Assembly: GCA_038861545.1 (NCBI GenBank)
Contig: JAWCCZ010000005.1
Span: forward strand, 1 to 64,000
Direction: 5' to 3'
Source: Thermofilaceae archaeon
Lineage (GTDB): Archaea > Thermoproteota > Thermoprotei > Thermofilales > Thermofilaceae
Length of the DNA: 64,000 bases
Numbering within the stretch: the first letter of the stretch is position 1; every line of letters begins with the position of its first letter. The notes under the pieces were generated by a model that searched no databases, was not told where the DNA came from, and worked only from the letters and a program-made list of their open reading frames with translations. This document shows positions 19,433 through 28,423 of this stretch, one piece after another. The position numbers were made by a program, and so were the translations under genes.

Positions 19433-19850
19433 CACATACAATAGATGATAGAAACTCCAATATTTAAGTAAAAAGAAATAACTAAGATGAACTACTCTCC
19501 TCTTTTACTAGGTAAATATTCCTAAAGTATTACAAAGATAATATGCAAATATTATACAATTTATATATATATTCTAAATATTTTGTTTTAATTTATCTAA
19601 TTTCATAAATTATATCTAATTTGATTTCTGTAACAAATTATATTCATAAACAAGAGAAAACTCTATAAATTAAGGGAAATTCGGCGTGAAGCTAGCTTGG
19701 CAATAAAAACTTGTCCTGTTTTCTATTTTTCATAATTTAAATTAAAAATTTAAATAAAGGTTACTATAATTCCTAAAAAAGTTAAAATTTAACGTAATAA
19801 CCTTTGTATAAGATTCTTAGAAGAATTACATCTGGAGAATATCTTCTTGA

Positions 19851-19945
19851 AGCCCCGGCCGGGGTTTGAACCCGGGTCCTCCGCCTCTCTGGAACAGTAA
19901 CTAACTTTACCAGAGCGGCGCTCTACCCGGCTGAGCTACCGGGGC
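19851..19945 (-). tRNA. tRNA-Thr(GGT), 21-nt intron at 37/38 (19887-19907)
   Basis: GCCCCGG/CCGGGGC acceptor stem, loop CT-GGT-A|A, perfect splice helix CUGG/CCAG with 3-nt bulges. Confidence 0.94.
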
Positions 19946-19980
19946 TTATTCCCTTTCTCAGGCATGGATTTAAGTTTTTA

Positions 19981-21276
19981 TTGCTAACTAGTTTACAGAT
20001 GTTACCTAGCAGAAGACGGTTAAGTAATGGGCTATACAGGGTTGAAGGAGCTGCCAAGTTAAAGGTACTCGAAGGGTGTTTTTATGCCCTAGGAAGGTAT
20101 TTCAGAGAAGGGGATGAGCTAATAATCCCTAAAGGTTCAGTCATATGTATAAATGTTAGATCAGAATGCGTTGCTGAAGGTTTTATAGCTGGCTCAATTG
20201 ACGAGGCCAAACCAGAGGAGGAAGTGATCTATGTTTGGGAATCCTTATCCAATGATTTAACTTCAAGGAAAAATAAAATAATGGTAATAGGCGAACCTGA
20301 TAGTGGGAAAACAACGTTTTCCACATTCTTAGTTAATACTGCTCTCTCTAAAGGTTTGAAAGTGGCCTTTATTGATGCTGACATAGGACAAAACGATATT
20401 GGTTGGCCGGGTACGATAGCTTTGGCTCTTCTGACCCAACCCCTATCCTGGCTAGGAGAACTCGAGTCCGCAGCCATCTACTTCGTAGGCTCCAATACAC
20501 CGAATGGTTGCGAAGACATTGTTTTAGTGGGTGTGAGAAAAATCCTGGAGAAAACGACTAGTTGTAATTTAACAGTTATAAACACAGACGGGTGGATTAC
20601 AGGTAAACGAGCTATTCTATATAAGGCAAGATTTGTTGAAACAGTTAACCCTGACGCCTTAGTCGTGATGAGGGGGGCCGGTTCAGCTGATTGTATAGGT
20701 AAGATGTTTGAACATTCAGGTATAGATGTAATTTACGCTCCAACCCCTCCTAAGGTTAAATGTAAGGATAAAGAACTAAGGAAAATACGAAGAGATCTTG
20801 CCTATCTAGACTTTTTATTAAATTCCTCCGTTAAATATTTGAAATTGGATAAAGTAAAGTTTTATGGAACATATACTTTAAACTTGCAGCCTGATTCTAT
20901 GCTTGAAAAATTCTTAGATTCATTGCTGGGTTTTGAAGTTTGGGTCGAGTCTAGCAATAGCATAGTCGTATTAGCCGTCAATAGCGAACAAGCCTATAAA
21001 CGAGCTTTGGAAATGCGGGAACAGCTTTCCAAAACGTTAGGTAAGGAAGTTTACATTTCAAATATTGAAGGACTTAAAGGCTTACTCGTGGGATTTCTAA
21101 ATCAAAAATTAGAGCATGTAGGCGTAGGTATTATTGAGGAAGTCAACTTATCTGAGAAAGTAGCTAAGGTGAGGACCCCCTTCTCCATCGATAATGTATG
21201 CCTACTTATTCCCAGTGTGTTAAAAGTCACAGAAAGAGGTTTAGAAAGAGAAAAGAGCCCCTTCTTGTTAGCATGA
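19981..21276 (+). CDS. Polynucleotide 5'-hydroxyl kinase, Clp1/Grc3 family
   Basis: Walker A GEPDSGKTT, DADIGQNDIGWPG and VINTDGWITG. Start may be ATG 19999. Confidence 0.88.
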   Translation: MLTSLQMLPSRRRLSNGLYRVEGAAKLKVLEGCFYALGRYFREGDELIIPKGSVICINVRSECVAEGFIAGSIDEAKPEEEVIYVWESLSNDLTSRKNKIMVIGEPDSGKTTFSTFLVNTALSKGLKVAFIDADIGQNDIGWPGTIALALLTQPLSWLGELESAAIYFVGSNTPNGCEDIVLVGVRKILEKTTSCNLTVINTDGWITGKRAILYKARFVETVNPDALVVMRGAGSADCIGKMFEHSGIDVIYAPTPPKVKCKDKELRKIRRDLAYLDFLLNSSVKYLKLDKVKFYGTYTLNLQPDSMLEKFLDSLLGFEVWVESSNSIVVLAVNSEQAYKRALEMREQLSKTLGKEVYISNIEGLKGLLVGFLNQKLEHVGVGIIEEVNLSEKVAKVRTPFSIDNVCLLIPSVLKVTERGLEREKSPFLLA

Positions 21277-21956
21277 AAAAGCTTCCTAAACTAGCCCCGT
21301 CATTTTTTTCACTATGCGACTTAAGGGTCTTAGGGGTTCAGGTGGAGCACGTTGAAACATTTATGAGTACGATGCTGGAAATCGCTGAGCAGATACTTAA
21401 GGCTGCTAGAGCAATAGATAAGAAAGAAGTTTTAAAAATGGTGGAAATCCTTCTCGAAGCAAGGAAGAAATGTAAGAAAGTAATGGTAGTGGGTGTAGGA
21501 CGTTCAGGACTTGTCGGCAAAGCCTTTGCAATGCGTCTAATGCATCTAGGTTTCAATGTTTACGTTATGGGTGAGACCATAACGCCGGCAGTTGAGGAGG
21601 GAGACGTGGTTATAGCGATATCTGGTTCCGGTACAACACAAATAGTTGTTAGCGTAGCTGAAGCCGCCAAGAAAATGGGGGCACTGGTGGTTTCAGTAAC
21701 TTCCTTCCCAGATTCACCACTTGCAAGACAGAGCCACTACATAGTACACGTACCTGGTAGAACGAAAATATCGTTAGAAAAAGACTACTTTGCCCGGCAG
21801 ATATTAGGGATTTACGAGCCATTAGCTCCACTAGGAACACTCTTTGAGGATACCGCTCTAGTGTTCTTTGACGGCATCGTCGTATCCCTTATGAGAGCAT
21901 TAAAGCTAGGTGAAGAGCAACTTATGGAACGTCATGCTAACATTGAAGTTCCTTGA
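21273..21956 (+). CDS. hxlB: 6-phospho-3-hexuloisomerase (SIS domain)
   Basis: GVGRSGLVGKAFAMRLMHLG, GETITP, ISGSGTT, APLGTLFED and RHANIE. Start is ATG 21273 (ATGA overlap) or GTG 21342. Confidence 0.93.
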   Translation: MKKLPKLAPSFFSLCDLRVLGVQVEHVETFMSTMLEIAEQILKAARAIDKKEVLKMVEILLEARKKCKKVMVVGVGRSGLVGKAFAMRLMHLGFNVYVMGETITPAVEEGDVVIAISGSGTTQIVVSVAEAAKKMGALVVSVTSFPDSPLARQSHYIVHVPGRTKISLEKDYFARQILGIYEPLAPLGTLFEDTALVFFDGIVVSLMRALKLGEEQLMERHANIEVP

Positions 21957-21957
21957 G

Positions 21958-22233
21958 CTATCTGCTTGAGCTTAGTGCCTTTTTTAATTCCTCTTCTGTA
22001 GCCTTCTTAATCACACTCCAGACTGCTCTACCTTTCTCTCTGTCATGCCTTATAAAGCCGGCGTTTTCGAGAACCATTAATGTGTGGTGCAAGAGGGAGT
22101 AACTACTAGCTAATTTTCTTTCTAGAACTATCTTAAGTAGGTCGGGAGTTTGTACCTTTCCTCCTTGCTCTTCAAGGATTTTGTAAACTTTTATTGCTCT
22201 CTCGATTACTTGAGCACTTCTAGGTCTCGGCAT
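21958..22233 (-). CDS. Small winged-helix DNA-binding protein
   Basis: Basic 91-aa protein; helix pattern followed by LMVLENAGFI and a beta-wing. Confidence 0.65.
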   Translation of the reverse strand: MPRPRSAQVIERAIKVYKILEEQGGKVQTPDLLKIVLERKLASSYSLLHHTLMVLENAGFIRHDREKGRAVWSVIKKATEEELKKALSSSR

Positions 22234-22364
22234 TTACTATCCCTATATAATTAACGAATTTTTATTATTAAAGCTTTTTCTTCCAGCCATTATACGCGAA
22301 AAATCCTAGCATTGTTTGTGTATAAACGATTAATTTCGACAGTATAGATAAGGTTTAGATAAGA

Positions 22365-24185
22365 CTAGTTAACCATTTCTCCAAATAATACCTTAGATAC
22401 CTCAATTAACTCTTCGATATTTTCAACCGCTGCTATGTTATACCCAAGGCTTGTCAGAAAACTTTTAACATAATTATCGAGCACTCGTTCGTCCAGCATA
22501 GCGATAATCGCAGTATCATGCCTTGACCTCACACTCCTACCCATGGCTTGTGCCACTTTAACCGCTGCTGGTGCTAAATAAACAGAATACCAAGCTGTTT
22601 CACCTCCAACTTTGTATTTCAATTGCTCGAATAAACTTTTATTTAGAATATTTGGCTCCGGCACTGGTAAGCCTGCGATTACGACTAACTTAATTAGACT
22701 TCTACCATTGACGCGCAGTTCAATCCCCTCTACTAATTTACCCCAAGCCACACACAGTAGAATCAGTTTTTTATTGACTTTTACAGACTTCACGACGTCG
22801 TTTATGCTAGTATCCTCGCGTTCCATCAGAATCGGGTGTGACTTTATATGAGTTCTCAAAGCCTTAGCCATGTCGTATGATGGGGCTACCACCAGAGCCA
22901 TACCCTCCCTTAGATTTTCGAATAGACCGTCGATCGCTTTAGCCATCGCTTCATACGTGTCAAAACCGCGTTCAATAAAACGGGAAGAAACTCCTCTCAG
23001 AGCTAGGACTTTAACCCGTGTAGCCCAAGGTGGTGGCATGCGCAATTCAAATGTTTTTTCTTCTTCCAGTCCTATCGTATAGATGATGTAGTCACGAGGG
23101 GGGAGAGTTCCACTCATCAGGCAGGAGCCTCTAATATTAGAAAATAACTCTCTGACTTTATATGCTGGGGATACACATAAATTTTTTAATATTATATCGT
23201 TGTCTTCAATCCTTGCGGTTAATATAAAACCGTGTTTGCTACTACTAATTGAACTTAGAAATGATATAATGCTTCGTAGAGCAGAGGGGCGTTCTAACTC
23301 AACTTCGATCGAAATGGCGGCTCTAGCTAATTCGTCTAGACTAGGGATTAAATCCACTAAATCACTAATAGAAAGCTCTACTTCGCCGCAACCTTTCCTA
23401 GCAATTTTTTCAAGTTTAGACATGTAAGCGTAGAATGAGTACAGATCCCTTTCCAGCTTTGCGAGGTTTAAGCCAGTGTAGTAGCGTGAAACTTCCTGAC
23501 GTGCCTTTCGAACAGTTTTCCTACTCAAGTTTTTACTAAGAACATCTATGAGAGTATAAGGTAGATTATGTGCCTCATCTATTACTAGCGTGATATTCTC
23601 AGTTCTAACCCCGACCTCGCTAAAGAAAATCTTCCTAATATCGGGGTCAAATACATAATTGTAAGCAGCAATTATCACCTCTGCTTGACTAAGTGCAGCC
23701 TTGGCTACTTCGTATGGGCATGCTTCAGCTTCCGAAGCTAGTCGGATAAGCCTCCCTGGGCTTAATATACCCTCCATTTTTACTTTGGAAAGGCATTTGA
23801 AATATGGGCATAAACCGTTACGAGATAGTTCACTGCAAAATCTAAGAAAATCATCATATTGGAGAACGCTAGCTCCTTTTATCAGACATAGGTCCCTTTT
23901 ATTTTGAAGAAAGACCGCGCTGAATGCTACTCGGCGATTTAACATTTTTAACTCTCGCAAAGGAGCCTGGAACTGTGACCTGGTTTTAACTAAGTATATT
24001 AGCTTCAGACCTTCATCGATAACCGCGGCCAAGGAACCGGTTAGAACCGCAGCGGTTTTGCCGGCGCCCATTGGATAGCTGATTAACAAGTGTTTTCCCT
24101 CCAAGAAGTATTTATAGACAGCCTCCGCTATCTCTCGCTGACCTAATCTCCATTCCTTATACGGCCAGATTTCTTTAAAGTCCAC
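22365..24185 (-). CDS. xpd: XPD/Rad3/DinG-family Fe-S DNA helicase
   Basis: Q-motif RLGQ, PMGAGKT, four Fe-S Cys (DLC..FC..CPYF..CPYE), IDEAHNL, MSGTL and QAMGRSVR. Confidence 0.9.
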   Translation of the reverse strand: MDFKEIWPYKEWRLGQREIAEAVYKYFLEGKHLLISYPMGAGKTAAVLTGSLAAVIDEGLKLIYLVKTRSQFQAPLRELKMLNRRVAFSAVFLQNKRDLCLIKGASVLQYDDFLRFCSELSRNGLCPYFKCLSKVKMEGILSPGRLIRLASEAEACPYEVAKAALSQAEVIIAAYNYVFDPDIRKIFFSEVGVRTENITLVIDEAHNLPYTLIDVLSKNLSRKTVRKARQEVSRYYTGLNLAKLERDLYSFYAYMSKLEKIARKGCGEVELSISDLVDLIPSLDELARAAISIEVELERPSALRSIISFLSSISSSKHGFILTARIEDNDIILKNLCVSPAYKVRELFSNIRGSCLMSGTLPPRDYIIYTIGLEEEKTFELRMPPPWATRVKVLALRGVSSRFIERGFDTYEAMAKAIDGLFENLREGMALVVAPSYDMAKALRTHIKSHPILMEREDTSINDVVKSVKVNKKLILLCVAWGKLVEGIELRVNGRSLIKLVVIAGLPVPEPNILNKSLFEQLKYKVGGETAWYSVYLAPAAVKVAQAMGRSVRSRHDTAIIAMLDERVLDNYVKSFLTSLGYNIAAVENIEELIEVSKVLFGEMVN

Positions 24186-24186
24186 G

Positions 24187-24654
24187 CTAGTCTATTGCTA
24201 TCCTAGTCTCTTCTTTAACTGCACGGAGTACAAACATCGTCCGAGTTGACTCGACACCTTCAATTCTGCCAACTACGTCTAAAACCTTTGTAAGTTCTTC
24301 GCGGCTACCGACTCTAACCTTAAGTATAGTGTAATATTCTCCCGTAACATCATATATTTCATATACCTCTGGCATAGCCTTAAGCCTCTCTAGTACTTCA
24401 TCATACCTCCGCGGGTCAGCCGTTAAAGCTACTATAGCGACAACATCCTTACCTACTTTTTCTGGGTCTACTACGGCTTGAAACCTTATAATGACACCAA
24501 GCTTTAGAAGCTTTTTTACTCGTAGATGTACGGTTGCTTCACTTATCCCTATTTGCTTGGAAATCTTGGAGTAGGGCGTTTTCGCGTCGTCCTGCAAAAT
24601 TCTTAACAACTCTCTATCGATTTCATCTAACGGCGGGCGAGACTTTGTCGACAT
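24187..24654 (-). CDS. Lrp/AsnC family transcriptional regulator
   Basis: LDEIDRELLRILQ.DAK HTH plus RAM domain (YDVTGEY). Confidence 0.93.
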   Translation of the reverse strand: MSTKSRPPLDEIDRELLRILQDDAKTPYSKISKQIGISEATVHLRVKKLLKLGVIIRFQAVVDPEKVGKDVVAIVALTADPRRYDEVLERLKAMPEVYEIYDVTGEYYTILKVRVGSREELTKVLDVVGRIEGVESTRTMFVLRAVKEETRIAID

Positions 24655-24709
24655 ATTTTATCAAGTTATTACCGTTCCTCATTAAAAAAAGTTTACTCCA
24701 ATAGCTAAG

Positions 24710-25498
24710 CTAAATTGAAACCATGAAAAGAGAAAATAGAACGGATTGTAGTATCCCCGAAATAGTATAGCTGATTAGTGCACCCAAGATTGCCTTGCCT
24801 AACGATACTGAACCTCCTCCTTGCAGAGCGGCTGACATAACAACTAGCCCCCATATAGTAAAGAAGACGCTGTGAGCTTGAAGGACCGTGAAGAGTTGAG
24901 GAATTTGCCTCATAGCTAAAGAAACTAGTGTTAAAATGACACTTATATTCTGGCTTCCCGGAACAATTATAATCTCTATTTTGTCGATATTTATAAAGAA
25001 AAGCGTATAAATTATTGTTTTAGTTAGAGCTTCATAGAATTTTGTGCTTAAAGTGTAACCGGCAAGTACGGCGGAAGATACGCCTAAGCTTTTGCCTAAT
25101 AGTTTTAGCCCTAGGAGTACCCCGAGCGTAGCACTTATCCAGGCAATTAGTCCGTATCCAAAGGCCATCAGGAACACCCGTCCGTACGATTCTTCACTCA
25201 ATTCACCAATTTTTTTAAAAGATGAAGACGCGTTTACTGCGATTACGCGGTAAGTTCTACCTGTAATTTCTACTGAAGGTTGTACCTGGTCCCCCTTAAC
25301 GTATACAAGAGATAATCTAGAGAGCGGGGTTAGATTTTCAAAAAACACTATGTTTACTACTAGCAGCATACAAAGTATTGGCCCAGTGACATCCGATCTT
25401 TGAGAAATTTCCATAAAGATTCTAAATGGATTCAAACCTGCTAATAGTACACGCCTTAAACTTTCTCTAATCCCAACCTCCTCGTGAGCCCATGCCAT
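24710..25498 (-). CDS. Multi-pass membrane protein (Yip1-like topology)
   Basis: LNPFRIF followed by about 5 TM segments and one soluble loop. Confidence 0.6.
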   Translation of the reverse strand: MAWAHEEVGIRESLRRVLLAGLNPFRIFMEISQRSDVTGPILCMLLVVNIVFFENLTPLSRLSLVYVKGDQVQPSVEITGRTYRVIAVNASSSFKKIGELSEESYGRVFLMAFGYGLIAWISATLGVLLGLKLLGKSLGVSSAVLAGYTLSTKFYEALTKTIIYTLFFINIDKIEIIIVPGSQNISVILTLVSLAMRQIPQLFTVLQAHSVFFTIWGLVVMSAALQGGGSVSLGKAILGALISYTISGILQSVLFSLFMVSI

Positions 25499-25549
25499 AT
25501 GCCTTCTATCAATCCTGTCATTAATTACTTACCTTGCTTGTACTAGCTC

Positions 25550-25828
25550 ATGCTTCAAGGGAAAAACGTATATGTTACCGCTCCTCGCCTTTTGCAGGTG
25601 GTAAGACCCGTGGAACAAAGAGTATGGATCGGCACATTTGTACTTATACTAGTAATCGTCATAATTTTCTCTTTAGCTCAAATAGCGTGCTATGAGGTAA
25701 GGCTATGCAACGGTGGTTTAACATTATACGTGAATTACGCATTACTGGCGATCTTCGGGCTCTTTGTACTGTCTCTAACTTACGTTTTAACTACTAAGTT
25801 CTTGCACAGGCATGACACTAGATATTAA
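25550..25828 (+). CDS. Small two-TM membrane protein
   Basis: Two hydrophobic helices; fills the intergenic gap; start uncertain. Confidence 0.5.
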   Translation: MLQGKNVYVTAPRLLQVVRPVEQRVWIGTFVLILVIVIIFSLAQIACYEVRLCNGGLTLYVNYALLAIFGLFVLSLTYVLTTKFLHRHDTRY

Positions 25829-26129
25829 TTTCGAATTTTCCTGAGGGTTTAATATCATACACTTCTATTTCAGCTTTAACTGGTATAAAAACTCCATCTT
25901 TAACATAATAGTACAGGATTATCCTTCCACCTTTATCAGAAACTCCCATTTCATTTGACTTCTCAACCAGCAGCTTGGCAAGTTTAGCCCAGTTTTCCTT
26001 TGAGATTTCCCTTGCTTCACCTCTAACCTTGGAATAGTATGTAGCATAAAACCATCTTCTTACTTTTGACACTGCTCCCCGCACGGTTGGAGACAGTGTT
26101 GTTCTAAAAATTTTCAATTCATTCATCAT
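25818..26129 (-). CDS. Hypothetical protein resembling ThermoDBP/DUF2258 nucleic-acid-binding proteins
   Basis: SKVRRWFYA and DKGGRIILYYYVKDG recall DUF2258 motifs (from memory: DKLRRTLFA, DKGDVVRIxxxYxxxDG). Confidence 0.55.
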   Translation of the reverse strand: MMNELKIFRTTLSPTVRGAVSKVRRWFYATYYSKVRGEAREISKENWAKLAKLLVEKSNEMGVSDKGGRIILYYYVKDGVFIPVKAEIEVYDIKPSGKFEINI

Positions 26130-26191
26130 CTCTTTCCTTTACGATTAAGAATTTTAAATTTTTATCGTTAAGCATAGATGGTACCGATCAT

Positions 26192-26698
26192 TCACCACGG
26201 TTTATCTTTCAAACCTAATTTATAGGCGAAAAAGTTCGAGACAAGATGTATAGGAGGAGTTATGATTACTAGAATAGCAACAATAATAGAATTAATACTA
26301 CCGATAAAAAACCGATATAGAAGTATAGCGGTCAACAGGAAAGCTAATTGATCTAGAAAGGGGGCGGGTGAACCCCTTTCAAGTCCAAATCTCCTTTTTA
26401 CAAAGGACCCCAAAGCGTCTCCAAGCATAGTCCCTAGTGATAGTATAATCGACTCAGTTAATGAACCTATGCCCAAAAGGCTCATAGACCAACCAGCTAA
26501 GCTACCTAGTAACACACCAGTAATGAAGCCCTCTATGCTTTTACCGTCACCAAGCACCCTGCGACCGTCGATAAACTTCCTGCCGAAATCTAAAGGGTGC
26601 CTATATCTTATGATTCTCGCCATGACTACGGGAAAAGCATTAGCCACATAGCATGGCACCATTAAAGCTAGCAGTTGCCTTAGCAAGCTTGTCCACAT
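26192..26698 (-). CDS. carS: CDP-archaeol synthase
   Basis: YVANAFP, PLDFG, DGRRVLGDGKS, GDALGSFVKRR, PFLDQL and LGLKDKPW. Confidence 0.93.
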   Translation of the reverse strand: MWTSLLRQLLALMVPCYVANAFPVVMARIIRYRHPLDFGRKFIDGRRVLGDGKSIEGFITGVLLGSLAGWSMSLLGIGSLTESIILSLGTMLGDALGSFVKRRFGLERGSPAPFLDQLAFLLTAILLYRFFIGSINSIIVAILVIITPPIHLVSNFFAYKLGLKDKPW

Positions 26699-26872
26699 TC
26701 TCCTTCTTTACTTATGACTGAGGGGATCCTTTAAGGGATTTCCGTTTATAAAAACACGGAGTAGTTAAGTAGCGCAGCCACATCTAGCTTTAACCCTTTT
26801 ACCTGCTTAGTTGTGCTACTTCATAACCGTAATGCTTTTGAGCAGCACAGCTTTGTTAACGCGTGGTAAGTA

Positions 26873-27190
26873 ATGGATCCATTTATTGAATTCCTGAAAC
26901 GAGAGACTTCACGAGTTAGAGTGCGAAAAGTTGGCACATCTACCTACCTAGTTGAGGGGGAAGTTTCTAGACAAAGGATGCGAGATTTACCAACAGATTT
27001 CATAGATATCCTTTTCCTCCGCAACGAGCCTACGGAACAAGTGGTCGTTGAAAAAAGTTTAATTAGAGAGCTAAGATATAGATTAGAAGAGCTAGAAAAA
27101 GAGACTAAGAAACTCAGATGGGAAAATAGATTACTTGAAGTTTCATTAGCCATATGTATAGTTTTAATAATTATTAGCCTACTTATATGA
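26873..27190 (+). CDS. Hypothetical coiled-coil protein with C-terminal membrane anchor
   Basis: Heptad-rich LRYRLEELEKETKKLRWENRLL followed by a hydrophobic C-terminal helix. First gene of the AAA/vWA unit. Confidence 0.7.
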   Translation: MDPFIEFLKRETSRVRVRKVGTSTYLVEGEVSRQRMRDLPTDFIDILFLRNEPTEQVVVEKSLIRELRYRLEELEKETKKLRWENRLLEVSLAICIVLIIISLLI

Positions 27191-27205
27191 TTTTAAGGTG
27201 GAAAT

Positions 27206-28423
27206 ATGACTACCGGAGTTAAACAGGCTATATATAAATTGGAGGAAGAAGTCAAGAAACGTTTTGTTGGTAACGAAGAGGTAGTCCACGTACTGACATT
27301 AAATCTCTTACACGAGAGATCTACCGCACTGATTAGAGCTCCTCGGGGCAGAGGTAAATCTACTTTAATGTTGCTCTTCTTGAAAGGGTTGTTCAATGAT
27401 GAGTACGTAGTTCTGTCAGGAGCTTCAGAGATAAAAAGGGGAGAAGTAGTTGCCAGGCTTCACATACCCTCACTTGAACGGGAAGGTGTCGAACATGTTA
27501 TCTGGTCTGCCTTTGTTAAAGCGAGAGGTAAAGGTATAGATGAGGCTAACAGGTTAAATCCTTACACGGCGTCCAATATTTATCATCTACTCCAGTTCGG
27601 AGAAGTATGGGCTTATGGACAACGTTTTACAGTCGGAGATTTCGTACTATTCGCTAATGAAAACCCAGCTGATCCAACCACATTCATCCATCCTCCGCCT
27701 TTCTACGATAGGTTCGATGTAAGTGTTCAACTCTCTTCTTTAAGCTTAAGTGATAAGTTTAGACTTCAGAACCTGGTGGATGAGCATGGTTCTCTTATAG
27801 ATTCAATGCCCCAAGTCATGGATTTTGAAACACTTACAGAGGCGAGAAAGGAGGTAAGCGAAGTCGAAATCGATGTAGACCTCCGCGCAACACTTAACGT
27901 CCTAGTAAGAGATTTGCAGACGTGTATAAGGAACAGGGACTTAGGCCGCGTCAAACCGCCAGCGCTCTGTGAAGGATGTCATTTTGTGCATAACGTATGT
28001 AGTTCTGTGAGAGAAGGCCCAAGCGAGAGAGCTATTCTTGTTATAAATAATCTCCTGAAAGCTAAGGCATGGCTTGATGGCAATGTAAATGAGGATGACG
28101 TTTACCGTTTAAGTACCTATGTGCTAGCACATAGAATGGAGCTGGTGAGGCAGGACAGAGGGGCTGATGAGCTTCAAAGGGTTCTGAGAAGGCAAAGGGA
28201 GTTTAATGATGAAAGACGATCTAGGAAACAATGGGCTATACTTGAGAACTTGTATAGAGGTTTCAATAGGGAATTGTACAAGCTTGCTGGAGAAATCGCT
28301 GTTGAAGATTTAGTTTTCGCTGAAGAGCTTATCCGCTTAGAGGAGGATTGGGTTAAAAAAGGATTGTTAAAACCAGAGGAAACAGTTAGCTCTAGGTTGG
28401 CTCCAGATGCCATTAAGTTATAA
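27206..28423 (+). CDS. MoxR-like AAA+ ATPase
   Basis: RFVGNEEVV, Walker A APRGRGKST, Walker B IDEANRL, FANENP, FYDRFD and GPSERA...VLAHRM lid. Confidence 0.85.
   Translation: MTTGVKQAIYKLEEEVKKRFVGNEEVVHVLTLNLLHERSTALIRAPRGRGKSTLMLLFLKGLFNDEYVVLSGASEIKRGEVVARLHIPSLEREGVEHVIWSAFVKARGKGIDEANRLNPYTASNIYHLLQFGEVWAYGQRFTVGDFVLFANENPADPTTFIHPPPFYDRFDVSVQLSSLSLSDKFRLQNLVDEHGSLIDSMPQVMDFETLTEARKEVSEVEIDVDLRATLNVLVRDLQTCIRNRDLGRVKPPALCEGCHFVHNVCSSVREGPSERAILVINNLLKAKAWLDGNVNEDDVYRLSTYVLAHRMELVRQDRGADELQRVLRRQREFNDERRSRKQWAILENLYRGFNRELYKLAGEIAVEDLVFAEELIRLEEDWVKKGLLKPEETVSSRLAPDAIKL

Larger units (their letters stand above)
16630..19444 (+). repeat. 108-bp near-identical direct repeat pair (16630-16737 and 19337-19444)
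   Basis: Both copies comprise tRNA body, intron and the 12-nt trailer CACATACAATAG. Three mismatches, all in the anticodon loop. Confidence 0.9.

Noticed and set aside
16630-19444. tRNA-Arg direct repeats as attL/attR of an integrated element
   Set aside because: Both copies are complete tRNAs with different anticodons, the enclosed genes are essential housekeeping genes, and there is no integrase.
19445-19850. CRISPR array or leader in the AT-rich gap
   Set aside because: No regularly spaced 24-40 bp repeats here or elsewhere in the window, and no cas genes.
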